The notes under the pieces are model-generated. The model saw only the letters and a program-made list of their open reading frames with translations. It ran no database searches and was not told the DNA's origin. A program made the position numbers and the translations under genes. 64,000 bases of DNA from a virus (lineage: Duplodnaviria > Heunggongvirae > Uroviricota > Caudoviricetes): IMG/VR virus record IMGVR_UViG_3300035670_000071. One strand, written 5' to 3'. Of the stretch, positions 47,031 through 60,400 are shown one piece after another (position 1 is the stretch's first letter; each line of letters begins with the position of its first letter).

Positions 47031-47321
47031 TTATCTGAAGATATTTATCAGACCGAATGCTGCAAGGACTATGATTCCAACTGCTACAAGGCCGAAACCT
47101 GCGAATACAGTTGCTTGTGTGCTGTCCATACCGTCAGATACAGTAGTGTCTTCCACATACTGAGTTGTGTTATCTACACAATCTCCAACGACTTCCCCGC
47201 CATAACAAGGGTTTGCTGTCAGTGTTACTGGCAGTGCTGTTCTTACTTGTGCTACCACAAGGTATCCTACCATAAGGACTATTCCGATTCCAATTGCTCC
47301 GATTGCGATTTGCATAAACAT
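47031..47321 (-). CDS. two-helix membrane miniprotein, paralog 3 of 3 with a Cys-containing loop insertion
   Basis: Same termini; insert NPCYGGEVVGDCVDNT. Confidence 0.5.
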   Translation of the reverse strand: MFMQIAIGAIGIGIVLMVGYLVVAQVRTALPVTLTANPCYGGEVVGDCVDNTTQYVEDTTVSDGMDSTQATVFAGFGLVAVGIIVLAAFGLINIFR

Positions 47322-47398
47322 TTTTTGTTCCTCCGTGTTGTCTGGGACAACCTTTGTGTCTTTCTCAGCTCAACTAATTAGTATAAACACCTTATTCC

Positions 47399-47415
47399 TT
47401 TATATATATATTTTT
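47399..47415 (-). promoter_or_regulatory. TTTATATATATATTTTT TATA-like promoter motif
   Basis: Recurring 15-mer. Confidence 0.35.
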
Positions 47416-47652
47416 CCAGCGACCTATTTTAGATAGATTTTGAAGTTCATCTCTCGATGACGCTTCACAAGAATGTATTCTCCTATCTTTTCAGTCGTCA
47501 AAACCTGCTCAGAACGATTTATGCTTCTAAGAATCTTATCTACTTGGTCTCCTTTTACACCTTGCAGCATTATTTCAGGAGTGAAGTTCAGCATATTGAA
47601 CTTCTCATAAATCTGCCGATTGTTTGTGATAACGGTTTTTTTCTTTGCCATT

Positions 47653-47955
47653 TTATGTAAACATCCATACATAAAGTATACCAGCTAACTCGAACACCAT
47701 CAGTATGAACATTATCTGCACACTGAATTGCTCTACGTATATGCTCGTTGCATACAACGATACGAAAAAGGCCCCTGTAATGAAACACAAAACAAGATTC
47801 TTCGTCTTATAATATAACATAGCTTGATATACAAAGAACAAAATCACGACAGGCCAACCTACACCACCCATTGCAGTATTGAACATATTATAAACTGCTC
47901 CGACCATATTTCCGTCGATTAATTCGTCCCATCCGTGATTTACGTAGTCTGTCAT
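47653..47955 (-). CDS. membrane protein
   Basis: Three TM helices. Confidence 0.45.
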   Translation of the reverse strand: MTDYVNHGWDELIDGNMVGAVYNMFNTAMGGVGWPVVILFFVYQAMLYYKTKNLVLCFITGAFFVSLYATSIYVEQFSVQIMFILMVFELAGILYVWMFT

Positions 47956-47960
47956 TTTGC

Positions 47961-48404
47961 TTAACTCCTTATGTCCTTACCTGTCCACATTACCCAGGCA
48001 GCAACTATATATCCTATAGTCAATATTGTCTTAAGTATGCCAACAATAAATGTTGATGAATCTGATGTCATTTTACTTATGATTACGGCATTCAAAACAT
48101 TAATGAACCCAAACATATAATTATCAACTGCATTCAAAAATCTCTCTACAAACCCAAGGCTTAAAGTATCCAATACTCTGTAGATTGCGTTACCTCTATC
48201 TTCAACTGCTCCATCTGGTGTAATGCTTTGATTTAATTGCCCAGTGAATCCTTCAGTATATTTCTCGTCGTAATCAAGCCCACTTCTATATTCTGGCCTA
48301 TCAAATATTTTATCTCCATTGGAATCAACAACTAAATTTATCATTATACCAGTAGCTAAGTTGAGCATAATACTAAACAACATCAACTTAATTACTGCGT
48401 TCAT
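47961..48404 (-). CDS. membrane protein
   Basis: TM helices at both ends. Confidence 0.45.
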   Translation of the reverse strand: MNAVIKLMLFSIMLNLATGIMINLVVDSNGDKIFDRPEYRSGLDYDEKYTEGFTGQLNQSITPDGAVEDRGNAIYRVLDTLSLGFVERFLNAVDNYMFGFINVLNAVIISKMTSDSSTFIVGILKTILTIGYIVAAWVMWTGKDIRS

Positions 48405-51400
48405 TTTGTTTCCTTCTCCCCTTCTTTAAGGATTGCTATTAATGAAATAAGTGCTGAAAGCAACAATACTCCCATACTCAATCCAAGCCATCCGAAGATG
48501 ATGAACAGAGTGGCAAAGCCTATCAATATTATGCTTAGGATGTTTGCTGTCTTTATTGTTCCGATTATTGCAACAACACTCAGGAATAACAGGAAGAACC
48601 AATTCAATGCCTCTTGTGTTATATCCTCTGGTAATTGTATTCTATAATTCTTGAACAAGAAGAACCCTGTTGTCTTCTGCCCTGAAGCGTGTGTTATATT
48701 CATAGATACCGACATTGTTGTGTTTATATAACTTGGAGGCAATAATTGCTGGAACTCATAAGCATATGACCCATAATCAGATGAATAAGTTGGTGTTCCT
48801 GTAAATGTATATAACACAGGACCGTCTGTATTTCCTTGGTGAACTGTAAATGTAACACTTGTTGTTGCATTCTCTGCATCAACATATCTACCAACAACAT
48901 AAGTATCATTTCCTTCTTGTTGAAGAGTTGCACCATACACGACATTATTGTAATATCCAAGGTTCTCTGTTGCAAGAGATATATCGTATAATCTTAATGT
49001 CTTATCTCCACCTACATCAGCAGCATATATTCCCATTTCTCTTACAGGCTGGTTATCACTGTGAATCTCAATTATGTATTCCTGATTCTCAATCAAGAAC
49101 GCACCAATCTTTCCTTCAACATCTGTGTAGTCTGCTGTAATCTGAACCTTATTATTCTCTATCAATTTATTGATATAAATTCTTGGATTATCATATTGGC
49201 CAAGCAAGTCATCTATAGTGAAGGAACTGTATATGTATGATGTCGAACTTATCTCAATCAAATATATGCTCTGGTTGAAAGCATCTTCTGGTGGTGTAAG
49301 GAAAGTTCTGTAATATCCGCTTGTTCCATATGTCAATAGGAATTTGAACTTTTCATACGCACAGGTGATTTCAACTGTTTGTGTATTATTTGTAAGCTCC
49401 TGGATTCTTGTGCTATCTTCACAGAACACAAGGAACTCTACCTTATCTGGTTTTGTCATATCAAAAGGCAATAATGTCTTCTCATCATAAAGATTTATCA
49501 ATGAATAAAAGTTCATATCAAGAACATATGTTTGCTCTTGTTTATACGTGAAAGTATATGTTGTGTTCAAATCTATGTATCTTGTCTTTTTAGCCAAAAT
49601 GTTTGCTGGTGCAGCATCAACAAGAACAGTCAAATCGTATGTTCCTGTAGGGAAATACTGACTATTTGTATAGTTTCCAATTGTGATTGACATATTTAAG
49701 TCGTCCAATAATTCTTGTGTCTTTACATCTCTCAACTGGAATGTTATCTTAGCCTGATATGACTCATAATCCTGTTTGACAAGATTTGCCCCAAGAGTTT
49801 TCCAATGAACTCCTTCTTCCCATAATCTGTTTGCGAAAGGAACACTTCCTTCAATATCAGTCATTGTCAACCAAGCACCATCATCGCTGCATTGGAATAC
49901 CATTGTATTCTGTGCTAACGAATCTTCAAACCCAACTCTTAATTTTAAATTGTTATCAGCATCATCAAGGCATTCATCCTGTGGTGTTATATTTAATCTA
50001 TCATTGCTTGATACTCCAACAGCTACTTCCCATACAGGAATAGATTCAGCAACCATATCATATGTCATATAATAATATTTGAAACCAACTGTATTTGTAA
50101 CAGATGAATAGCTTGTCCAATTGGCATCTATTGCATTTCCAAGATTAACCCATCCAGGGTCATCTACATATGTTCCACCATTTGTATAGGCAACAGTATT
50201 ACCCACAGTTCCTGTGCAACTTCCACCTATATCAGCAGACTGTTGGAAACAATCATCAAACTGTGTTGTTATATTTACTCTATATGTTTGGTCAAAGAAC
50301 TGAGGATGTGAAAATGTCAAATCATAAACACCTTCTGGTAATCCTTCAACATAATTTGTAACAGTTGTATTATATGTCTGATTAAATGTTGCTCCAGGAG
50401 TTCCTGAAACAGTAACGACATTCACAGTATAATTTGTAAATGTTGAATCATCAAACACATTCACACCAGTCACATTTACTGCTCCACCTATATAGAATAT
50501 CCAGCTTGTTTCTTGAATATTAGTTCCTCCTATTGAGAAGAACTCATAAGTATCAACACCATACGTCGCAACCTGTTGCTCTGGTGTCAAGCTATTTGGA
50601 GGCATAACAACAGAAACAGTAATATCATATTCAAAGTCATTTACCTTCACTATAGTATATTCAAATTCAGTTGATGGGTTTGCTATCTCCTCAAAGTCGA
50701 CCCAGTTACCATCTTTTGTTTCAGAGTTCCATATTACAAAGTGACCATCATACTTGCTGTTTGGTCTGTTGTAAATCAAATCTCCATTTAATGATTGAAG
50801 TGTAAATGTTCTGCTTAATGATTTATTCACAAAATCAAACTGGAATGTATATCTGTCGGTTTGTTTTGTTGTGCTCTTTGAAGATACATCATATGGATTT
50901 CCTGCATATACTACTCTTGCTCTAATATCAACATCTGTGTCATATTCAAGACCAGCAGTTATTGGTGTAACTTCATAATCTGGAATTACCATATCTGTAT
51001 GGTCATCTGACGCACTTGCATTAAATACACATCTTTGCATTGGTAATCCTGTTGTGTCTACAACGTGATTGTGTTCAAACAATGCACCATTCTGTGATAA
51101 ACCATTCTCATAAAGATACTTCATATAATATACTTTGTTCACAGAACTTACAAATGTTGTGTCATCAAAATAGAATCTTATTCCATTGATGCTATCATTT
51201 ATATCAATTGTCTGTGTCTGCACTCCAGTAGCTCTTGTGTGAGTCCTTACTGTAGTCCATCCAACACCATCATATGTCTGCACAACAACTCTTGCATCCT
51301 GTGTTTCAACTTGGTATTGAAGACTTGATACATAATAGAATGAATCAAATGTCTGTCCAACCCATCCTTGTGTCAGGCCTGTATTACTTATTGTTGTTGT

Positions 51401-54400
51401 AGAGAATGTAGCATCATATACATCATATGATTGTGAATGATTAACTGTGTTCTGATATGTTGCATCATAATTGAATACTTCTACATCAATATCTTCCCAT
51501 TCATATATCAATCCATCAATATCACAATCTATTCTCTCATACGCCTGGAATAAATTGTAATCAAAGTATTCTACATTAAGAGATAAATCTCTTACTGCAT
51601 TTGAATGAGCAGAAACATTATCTGCTCTGAATCCATTTTCATCCCCAAGTGATATTAGTGGTGCTGTGTTATCTTTAACTTCAAATGTCTGTAAAGCTCC
51701 TTGGAATGCATTACCAGCATCATCATAACATATTGCTGTCCAAGACACTTCACTCTTATCCTCAGCATATGATAATGAAATATCTCCTGTTGTATATGTT
51801 GTCTCAAGAGGAACCTGGAGATTTGTAAATCCATTTGCTCCAGCAGTAACTACACATATATTTGAATCACAACTTACTGTAGGCATATCATCAGAATATT
51901 TTCTTACAAACATCCAATCTATTGTTCCTTTAGTATCTGTTCCTGATGTTCCTCCAGCAGTTGTATCTCCAATCACAAGTGGAACACCAACTGTTGGAAT
52001 GTTTGTTGTTAAAGTATATTGTAATGCATCGTTTGCCCAGAAAGATGAATCTCCATCTTTCCATACAACTTTATATTTATTATATGAATCACTTACAGCT
52101 TGACTTGCTGATTCGCTGATTACACCATACTTATATGTCTTGAAAACAAATGCATCCTGAAGAGTTCCTATCTTCATCTTTCCTATAGTATTTGATGTTC
52201 CTCTTCCAAATCCTACTTCAAGTGGCCACTCTTCTGCAGTATAATCTCTTTGATACCATTCAAGTATAGCTGGGCTATTGAATGTTCTTGTTGTTATGAA
52301 GAAGTCCTTGTTACTCGAATCCTCATCATAGAATGTCATCTCTCCTGAGCCATATGTCAATGTTGTTGACTCTGTTGAAATTGGTTCCCACGTTTCTGAA
52401 TCTATTGGATTACTATCAAATGGTTCAAAAAACTCAAATACTTCTTCTCCATTCTGAGCATAAGTATCGAAAACATTGTTTGTGTTATCCATAACAATAG
52501 TTATTGTTTCTCCAGCATCCATAGATAATTTTGTCCATACAACATTTCCTGTTCTGAAATAATCAGGATGATTAACTGCATCTCGTATGCTATAAGGTCT
52601 TACTTGGAAATCCATATCAACAGTAGATGTTTGTGCATTTACTGTGTAATTTGCAACCTCTTCATATCCAGTTCCAGTATCATCAACAAGCAATGAACAC
52701 ATATCAACATTATCATCGTCTTGAACATCAATTGTAAGAGTTATTGAATCTCCTATTTCTGGGAATAATATATTCTCATTTGACGCATATGTATTTATCA
52801 AAGGAGGAGCAAGGTCAAAATTATAAGTTCTATTCTCTGATGTCACAGTATAATTTTGCCCTATAGCTGAACACTGAATATTCCAAAGATATTCATCATC
52901 AACTACAGGCCAGTTAGAAGCTGATTCCCAACTTACATTTCCTTCTGCTTGTAGCTTTTCTGTGAATATAATATTTCCATTGTCATAGTTCTCTTGGTAT
53001 GTAAAGTAATCTGAAGCAGAATCATAATCTCCTGCATATGAACATAATCCAGAAGGATAAGTATCCTCGGTTCCTGCAGTGCAAGTTGTTGGATACCATC
53101 TTAAATTGAATGTATCACACTGGCCGCAATCGTAATCTCTCTTTTGACCAAGGGCTTGTGCACAAGCAAGATTTGCATCTGTTCCACCTGTTCTCCAGTA
53201 TCCTTCATAAACTCTTCTTTCTGTTGTTGTTGAATAATAGCCAATATTATCTACAACATAATCATTCGTCTTCTCTGTTCCTGGAATGCAAGTATTTGTG
53301 CTATAAAGCTGATATGAATCTGTAAATGAATCTCCATAATCAAGAACCATCGTTCCGTGTTCATCTCCACCACCGTGGTTACACGCTGCTTGAGAAGAAG
53401 CCCAATAATATTGATATACTGTTCCAGAACATACTGTATCCGCATCATCTGATAATCTCAAACATACGTGGTTGTGGTCTCCAAACTCAGATTGCCCGTG
53501 GTCGAAGTTACCATCAAGTTCTGCATTTGCCATATCAACATATCCTATTCTCTCCCAGTTGAATCTGAATCTATATTTATCGCTATTTTCAATAATTGAT
53601 TTATTTATCTGCCCTGTAGATAAAACATCGCCAGGGCCATATTCACCAGATGTATATGTGTTACAACTTCCAGGAACTGTTGCTCCAGTCCAATCCTCAA
53701 GGCATACTTCAAGTGGATAATCAGGAACAGGTGCAAGTGTTATATCTCCAAGGCATCCTTCACTCATTGCCATCTGTGTTATCAAATAATTGAATACTAC
53801 AGTCAATCCATAATCTGTGTTTACTCTATCAGTATCTATGTGACCATAAGAACCTACAAACTGTCCATTCGCATTTAAGTCACAAGTTATTCCACCATCA
53901 TAATCTGTTACACTGAATGTTGTAAAGAATGGCTCGTTGTCAACCAATATAGTTTCTGGTGCTGTAACATTCAGATTCTCAAGAGGATATACTGATACCT
54001 TTGCACTGCCCTGCAACTTATGAACATTTTGATTAAACACATCTATATAACATTTCCATTGTTCATAATTTGCTAAGTCATCTGTAACTGAACCAGTGCC
54101 TGGTGTCGTTGTATAAAGTTGTCCTCTATTAATATTATAAAATGTATAATCATAATCATTTACATTAACATATGTTTCTGTTGGATGATAGCTAAATTTA
54201 ATCTGTTTCGCAAATGGTTCGGATTCATCAAGCATTAACATTAATCTCAAATATAATGTATCTCCAACAGTAACCTCATCCTCACTTACAAACTCAGTCC
54301 AATCATTCCATACATCATAAGGTGCACTTGCAGTCAATGCATTATATTCTTTTACATCATCTTCTGTCATTCCTACTGAAAAGAATTGCACATCGTCCAA

Positions 54401-57400
54401 AGAACCATCAATAAGTTGATTGTAATCTGTTCCGTTCCAATGTCCACCAAATGTTATTCTGTTTGTAGTTGTTCCAAGATTTGCTCCACTAACAGTTCTT
54501 ATTGATGGGTCAACAACACCATTCACATATATGTTTTTAGTCAATCCATCATATACAGCAATTATTTCATAATCGACTCCTGTAGTCAATACATTGGTTG
54601 TAGTCAATACTGACCCACTCCAATCATCGCCTGTATAGAATATTAGCTGTCCAAGATTGTTTACTGCTAATCTGAAGTTCTGGTCTCTCTCTAAAATAAC
54701 AGCTTCTGAAGTAGGTAACGAATCAAGATTAAGTTGCCCAATTATTGATAATTCTGTTAATGCATCAAACTTTGTATTTGAAGAAACTACAAACACAGAT
54801 TCGTTGCTCACTATATCTAATGACGAATTATCAGTTCCAAATCTATCTGTTCTGAAGCTTGGCGTTCCTTGTGCACCGTGTATGTTAAATAAATATGAAT
54901 CATATATTGACTGTTGAGTAAACTGATAATATGCAAATTGACTATTTTCATAATCGTCATCAGCATCATAGAAATTCTGCACAACTCCTCCTGATAATTC
55001 ATAGCTCAACTTAAATCTATCAACTTCATCTGGAGTAATGATATTTCCTGTTATGAAGTTATCATCGGCTTCATCATATCCATCATATCCGTTCTTTCCC
55101 CATACTCTGATATTATTTAGATACCATCCATAGTTCTGGTCATCGTGCCCATAAACTTCTATCTTAAGAACTGGTTTTGTTGGATTTGGATTTGTGTGTG
55201 TGAAATCTCCGCAACCAGCTTGTGTTCCTGTATTTGTTGTTGGTGTTGCGTCTCTATAATACCATCTTGTATATGAATAAGCGTTGTTCGCATATTTACC
55301 AGCATTCGCACAATGTGTCATCACAAGTTTTTCAACATCATAAGGTGCTGGAATTGGCGGACTGTTTATTGTTGAAACAAGATACCAACCAGTAGAATAA
55401 ACTGTTCCTACACCACCATCTGTAAACATATGTGTGTATTGAGCTGGAATTAGAGTATATGATACTGTTCCATTTGATGCTTCAGAATATGCTGATGTTG
55501 ATGTTATTGTATCTACATACGCATCATCATTCAAATATTTTTCAAACCAATCATTATTGTCTACTGCTTTTTTCCAAGAAACAGTTACATCAATATTATT
55601 ATATGTATCATCATTAGTCACGTTGAAACTGCAACTTAATTCTGTATCAAACTCTGGATACAACTCGTTTATGACTACCTCATTTACCTTCACTACATCA
55701 TCATAGAAAAGAAGTGGATTTCTTCCTGCAAGAATCTCTGCTCTATCTTCCTCTCCACCCTCATCAGAATCGGCAGATAAAGGATTTGTATAATATACAT
55801 AAAGTTCTTCATAATCATTTAATGCATCCCCATCTGTGTCTGACAATAAAAGAACGCTATCAGAAGGAAGATTGAATATAACAAATCCAGGCTGATATTT
55901 TCCTATTCTCTGATTTGTTCCTTGCCCTTCAATCTGTAATCCAAAATCATATATTTCTCCACCAAGATTATCACTTAAATCAATAGGTGTAAACTCCTTG
56001 AAACCAGCAATCAATGTCTGTTCTTTTGTGTCTCCGAAAAATGCTGGAAGAGTGATAGTCAAATCCTTATTGATTATATTTAAGTCCCCACTTATATTTG
56101 TCTGCAACTCAACTTGATAATCTGTCACATCCTGATTTGCAGTCAAAACACATTCATTGTTTGAGCAACTTACAGTAACTGGTTCTCCTGGAAGATACTT
56201 TCTTATTCTTGTGCTATCCTGAACATAATCCACACCATAGTCATCTGAACCAATCTTTAATGTAGCCTCATTTGAATATGTTGAATTGTAAAGAAGAGTC
56301 CAAGTAAGTCCACCATCTCCACTTATCTCATATAATGCACCAGACTCTGTTGTTGTCTTTGCTGTCAGTCTTACCTTGTAGTTTGTTCCTCTTACAAAAT
56401 TCTGAACATTCACAGTTCTTTGCACGTTATCTTCATATGTTCTGATGTCTACACCATTGTTATCATAAAGACCATATATCAGATTCGCATATTCATCTCC
56501 TGCTGTGGTGTCGTGCCATCCGAACATTCTATTGGCACCAGTTCCTGCAAGAGCCTTATAATCGTGTTCAAGAACATATCCTGTTGTTGCAGTTCTTACA
56601 AAGTTCGCTACAGTCCAAGGTCCATATGACCCCCAAGCTGCTCCTGTCCAGTTAAACAATAACTGGTCTGGATATGCTGGTGAATTTACGTGATAATTTG
56701 TAGCGTCATAATTCGCCCATCGTGCAGGATTCAATGTTCCATCTGTCACATCATCATATCCGTCAAAGAAAACAAATACTTCTTCTGGGTCTTCTGCATA
56801 TGTAAATGAATCTGATAATTTTAATGTGATTGAATCTCCTGCATCCATAGATACTTTTGTCCATACCTTTGAATTTGATGCATCATTTGTTTCTCTCCAA
56901 TATGGATAACCATAAGCTTCAAACACATCTTCCTGTGTTACCTTTGTTCTTTCAAAAGCATTAAACCCATCTTCATAATCTTCCTTGTATACAAATATAT
57001 CATTACCAAGAGTTGAAGGTATTGTAAATTCAAGTTGATAATCTTCAACTGACTCTGGTGCATAAACTGTGCATACATTACCATTACAAGTTACAACAGG
57101 TTCTGATGCTGTTGGCACGTGCTTTCTCACATACAGATATTGAACTCTTCCTGCTGTGTTCCAAGATGCTGTTCCACCAGCATATACATTTCCTAATACA
57201 AGTGGCATAGCTGTTGTTGGAACATTGTAATCAACTTGATATTCAAGAGTATTTCCAATTACAAGTTGAGCAAGACCACTACTCCATACAACTTTATGTT
57301 TTGTGTATGTGCTGCTACCAACAGTTTGTTTTGAAACATTAGCTGTATTATAATATGATGTTGCTCCTACCTTTGATAATAACTTGAAATAATCCTGTGT

Positions 57401-60400
57401 TGCAGCATCTTTAATTCTGGCTACAGTATTTGTGCCATCAGAGAAACCAAACTCAAGTGGCCACTCTTCATTTACTGGGTCATCCTTTTCAACTATCTCA
57501 AGAACTACTCCCTTATCAAAAGAGAAATTTGTCCTATAATAATCTACATCAGCAGAATCTGCATCATAGAAATACATTGCTCCTTCAGCTCCTATTATAT
57601 AGGAAGCCCCAAGGTCTTCAAAATCAACTTGCTCCCAATATGGTAATGTTTCAAGTTCTGTATTTACTGTTATATCCCTGAAATCTTGCAAAAATAAAAA
57701 TACATCTGAAGGTGACTCTGCATAACCTTCAACATCATCTTCTCCTATAACAAATGTGTATGTCTCTCCTGCTGTTAAATTTGTCTTTACCCAAAGAGTA
57801 TCGCTATCTTCTCTCCAGTATGATTGCTTATCTTCAACAAGACCCCATCTGAAAAGATTCACATTATCAAGTTCAACTGCAGTTCCATTCTTATCATTAT
57901 TCATCCAGAAATGGAAATAATAATTTTCAATAGTGTTGTTTACAACAATATCATCATCCCACCAGTATTGTGTTGTTGCTGGTAAACCTACTGCATCCCA
58001 TAACATCTTTTCCTCATATATCCTTGCATATGAGTTACCAGACCAATACCATTCATTTGTGTCTGTCTTCCACGTTGTTCCCCATCTATAATCCCCATCA
58101 ACAAGTCTTGATGCTGGGTCAGCCGTATATAATGCCTCGTGGTTTATTGCACCAGATTGTGCATTTCCAAGAACAGTCCAACTCACACCATCATAACACG
58201 CTGGTTCTGTTGTTAAATTTGATAGAAGAGAATGCCCTTCAGACTTTATTCTCAATACTATATCGCCATAAATTCCTGCATAATTCCAGCAACTTTCTGG
58301 TATCTGTATATAATCTTCAATAGGAGCTACACCATCAAAACTATGTTTTACATACCATCTTGTGTTCTCTCTTTCAACACCTGGAAGTTTTGTATAATTA
58401 ACATATAGATAATACGGTTCTATAGAATATGAAGTTGAGTTTTCAACAGATACTGTTTCTGTATTTTGTCCACCAAATTCTTCTCTCTGAAAATTATAAG
58501 AATATGGTCTTCCTGAATCTAATGTTCCTGTCAATACTCCTGTGTCTTTTAATCCTGGTCCTATAATTCCTCCTCGTTCAAGCTGACCTACATCATACGG
58601 GTCTGGCCACCATCCTGTAGCATAACACTGATAGATGTCTCCACCTGTATCATCAAGACACCATTCATAAGCAGTTGTATTATAATCAACTGCTCCTAAG
58701 AACATTATTCTATAATCAATATTTTCTGGCTCTCCTGCAAAGCTTACATACTTTGTTTCGTCTACTCTATTGCCTCCAAGAGGATGTTCGAGACCAGGTT
58801 TTACCCATTCAGCTACTGTTCCGTTTCCATCTGTAATATATAATGTCTGTAGTCCATCTGTTAATCCTGAAACTGTATAATAGCTAAAACTTGCTGCAGA
58901 ACTCATACCTTGTGTTGACCAACTATCTCCATCCCACCAATGTAATGTCAATCCACTTGTTGAAATATTTGTCTCTATATATACAGAAGTAAGGTCATAT
59001 AATGCTCCTTCTCTTAAACCATCTTCCAAAACAACACCATCATATATTCTATCTCTTTCATCATAATCTACAATATCTGGAGTTCCAACGTAAAGACTTT
59101 GAAGTTCTGGGAAAGTATAATATGTTGGTGCAGTGTATCCTGCTGATGTTACATACGCCATTCCTTTAAAGACATAATCTGAACCAAAATTCATAACTAC
59201 ATCTTTACATACTTGTGTTGGAACACTATTCACAACAGTTACACTTCCTAATTGTGGTGCCCCTCCATCCTCTGTATACTGAACTGTCGCATTTACACTC
59301 GACGCATTATTCAAATCGGTAACATTAAAACAATATGTCGCTGTCTTTGTTATTCTATTTATAGATAAAGAATCAAACACAACTGTTGGTGATGTTGCTA
59401 CTGTAACATCTGTTGAATAAGAAATATACGTCGGATTATAGCTCTCAGTCACTTTTAGATTCCATACATCTCCTGGAACAAGCCTTTCACTTACTGAACC
59501 TGTTCCTGTATCAGTATATATTCTATCTGCAGTTGACACACCAGACATTGTATAATCAAATGTTGATTGATGCACAAGCCCTGTAAATCCAAAATTTACA
59601 TTAGATATTACAGGAACTTCTCCTGTAAGATTAAATAATAAATAAAATGTTTCTGTTCTTGAAAACGATAATGGAAGAGACTTATTAAACCAAGTCCAAT
59701 TACCATTTCCTGTTACATCATAATAAGCATCAAAATCACCACCCGCAACAGTTGATGTTAATGTAAGACCTTCAACTCTTTTTCCTGCAGCAAGATTATT
59801 ACTTACCCAAGTCTTTTGAGATGCGTTTGGCGGATATGCATACATACTTATTTGATTAACATAGTGTCCTTGCCCGTGCCCATCTGAGCATCCCCAGTTA
59901 TCATAATGCCATAGTCTTAAATATTGTATTTCTTTTGAAGGATTTGGATTATAGAATGTCAACCAAACTCCACTATTATATGAACTTCCTTGTTGTGCTG
60001 TTGAAGCTGTTGTTCCATCGTGATACAAAAACTCATAATAAGTATACATTGCTGAAGAATACTTGTTATTTCCTACATACTGAAAATGATAAATTCTTTC
60101 AAGTCTATCAAATGCACCAACAGTTATTTGATGATATGCCCATCCAGTATTACAAGATGTTCCAAACCCACCATCTGTCTGAACTGCTGTTGCTGATGCA
60201 CCAGAAGTTCCCACACCATAAATAGAAGTTCCTTCATAATTTGCAGTAGTTGTTGTTTGAGAAAGATTCGTATCTGAAGAAATATTCAAAGGTTGTTGTA
60301 TTCCTGTTTGTAATTTATACCACGAGAAAGTTATATTTGAAGGATTTGTAGGTGGATATGTTGGGTCGTATACTGCTTGTAATCCACCCTCTGTTCCTGG

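Noticed and set aside
48724-60225. Numerous plus-strand ORFs inside the giant gene (48859..49140, 49786..50043, 53110..53562, 57430..58323, etc.)
   Set aside because: They are H/L/Q-rich low-complexity antisense artefacts of the 12-kb minus-strand ORF, with no ribosome-binding sites and no plausible domains.
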